Below are positions 8,381 to 9,026 of a DNA stretch of 9,026 nucleotides, one piece after another. The notes under the pieces are model-generated. The model worked only from the letters and a program-made list of their open reading frames with translations. It ran no database searches and was not told the DNA's origin. Both the position numbers and the translations under genes were made by a program. Each line of letters opens with the position of its first letter. Position 1 is the first letter of the stretch. Source of the stretch: Octopus sinensis (Eukaryota); NCBI RefSeq assembly GCF_006345805.1, contig NW_021828149.1:1-9026 (forward strand), written 5' to 3'.

Positions 8381-8430
8381 TCATAAAGCATTGGTTGGCC
8401 CAGGACTAAAGCAGAAGGTGCTGCATGGGA
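8381..8430 (-). mobile_element. Small degenerate fragment of the same tRNA-type SINE
   Basis: TCATAAAGCATTGGTTGGCCCAGGACTAAAGCAGAAGGTGCTGCATGGGA aligns to the reverse complement of ~4891-4955 with a ~12-nt deletion. Confidence 0.5.
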
Positions 8431-8530
8431 AGTTCTTAATACCTCAGAACTTAAAGTAATTACTTCATCTCATATTTCAGTAAAATTTTTAAAATTCTTG
8501 CATTAACAATTCTGAGGTTTATTTTTATAG

Positions 8531-8599
8531 CTAAATTTAAAATAGACTCACAGTCTTTGGAATTTAATTCTTGGCAAAGTCAACAGTTCATGCTTACAG
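8531..8599 (+). CDS. Candidate 69-bp internal coding exon (phase 1-1) of an unidentified host gene
   Basis: TTTATTTTTATAG acceptor (AG at 8529-8530), CAG|GTATGC donor (GT at 8600-8601), length divisible by 3, open frame xKFKIDSQSLEFNSWQSQQFMLTx. Confidence 0.4.
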
Positions 8600-8881
8600 G
8601 TATGCAATTGTTGTTATTATTACTGTGTCCCCCACCACCTCATCATCTCTAATCAACAAACTTAATCCCTGAAGGTGTCTTGTTATCATTGTTGTTGTGG
8701 ATTTGTTTATTCTTAAGCTGACCCTGACCAAGCAAACATATGGTAAAAATAAAAAAAAAACCTTCATTCTACGAATCCCTCATATATATCTTTTCAGTAA
8801 TGATGTACTTCTGACTATATTTCTAATATACATTTGCTTCTTTAAGACAGTAAGGGAAATTTGGCTGCCATATCTAGCACA

Positions 8882-9026
8882 TGGAGTACTAGAATTGTTA
8901 GTGCACCAAGCAAATTGCTTAACAATATTTTGTCCCACTTTATGTTCTAAGTTCAAATTATGATGTGGTTGACTTTGCCTTTCTATCTTTCAGGGTTTTT
9001 TATAAATAAGTACCGTTTGAGTTCCA
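8882..9026 (+). mobile_element. Degenerate tRNA-derived SINE of a second family, running off the window
   Basis: AGAATTGTTAG head, B-box-like GTTCAAATT (8951-8959), then GACTTTGCCTTT...TTTCAGGG...ATAAATAAGTACC, which I recall as the central domain of a second abundant octopus SINE family. Confidence 0.65.

Overview
AT-rich, microsatellite-dense eukaryotic DNA. The SINE/LINE families look like those I recall from octopus genomes; this organism call is an inference and no search was run. No intact protein-coding gene is supported, and most ORF-track entries are translations of simple repeats. The notable structure is at 682-2984. A short repeat unit carries a type I hammerhead-ribozyme (HHR)-like motif (2776-2836). 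Part of the unit occurs twice in direct orientation (773-868 and 2891-2984), and there is an inverted partial copy at its 5' side (682-750). The unit appears to be interrupted, 11 bp upstream of the HHR core, by a ~1.76 kb element that encodes only a decayed L1/Tx1-type ORF1 (RRM-like plus zinc knuckle), ends in AATAAA and an A-rich tail, and is flanked by an 8-bp direct repeat AACCGGTG. Removing that insert reconstructs a ~346-bp HHR-bearing unit, resembling a retrozyme or Penelope pseudo-LTR. A diverged opposite-strand relic at ~4096-4168 looks like an empty-site homologue. The rest of the window holds tRNA-type SINEs, a CR1-group LINE 3' end sharing its tail with the SINEs, an RTE LINE 3' end whose (GAT)n tail has expanded to ~450 bp, an 86-bp nested palindrome and two candidate host exons.
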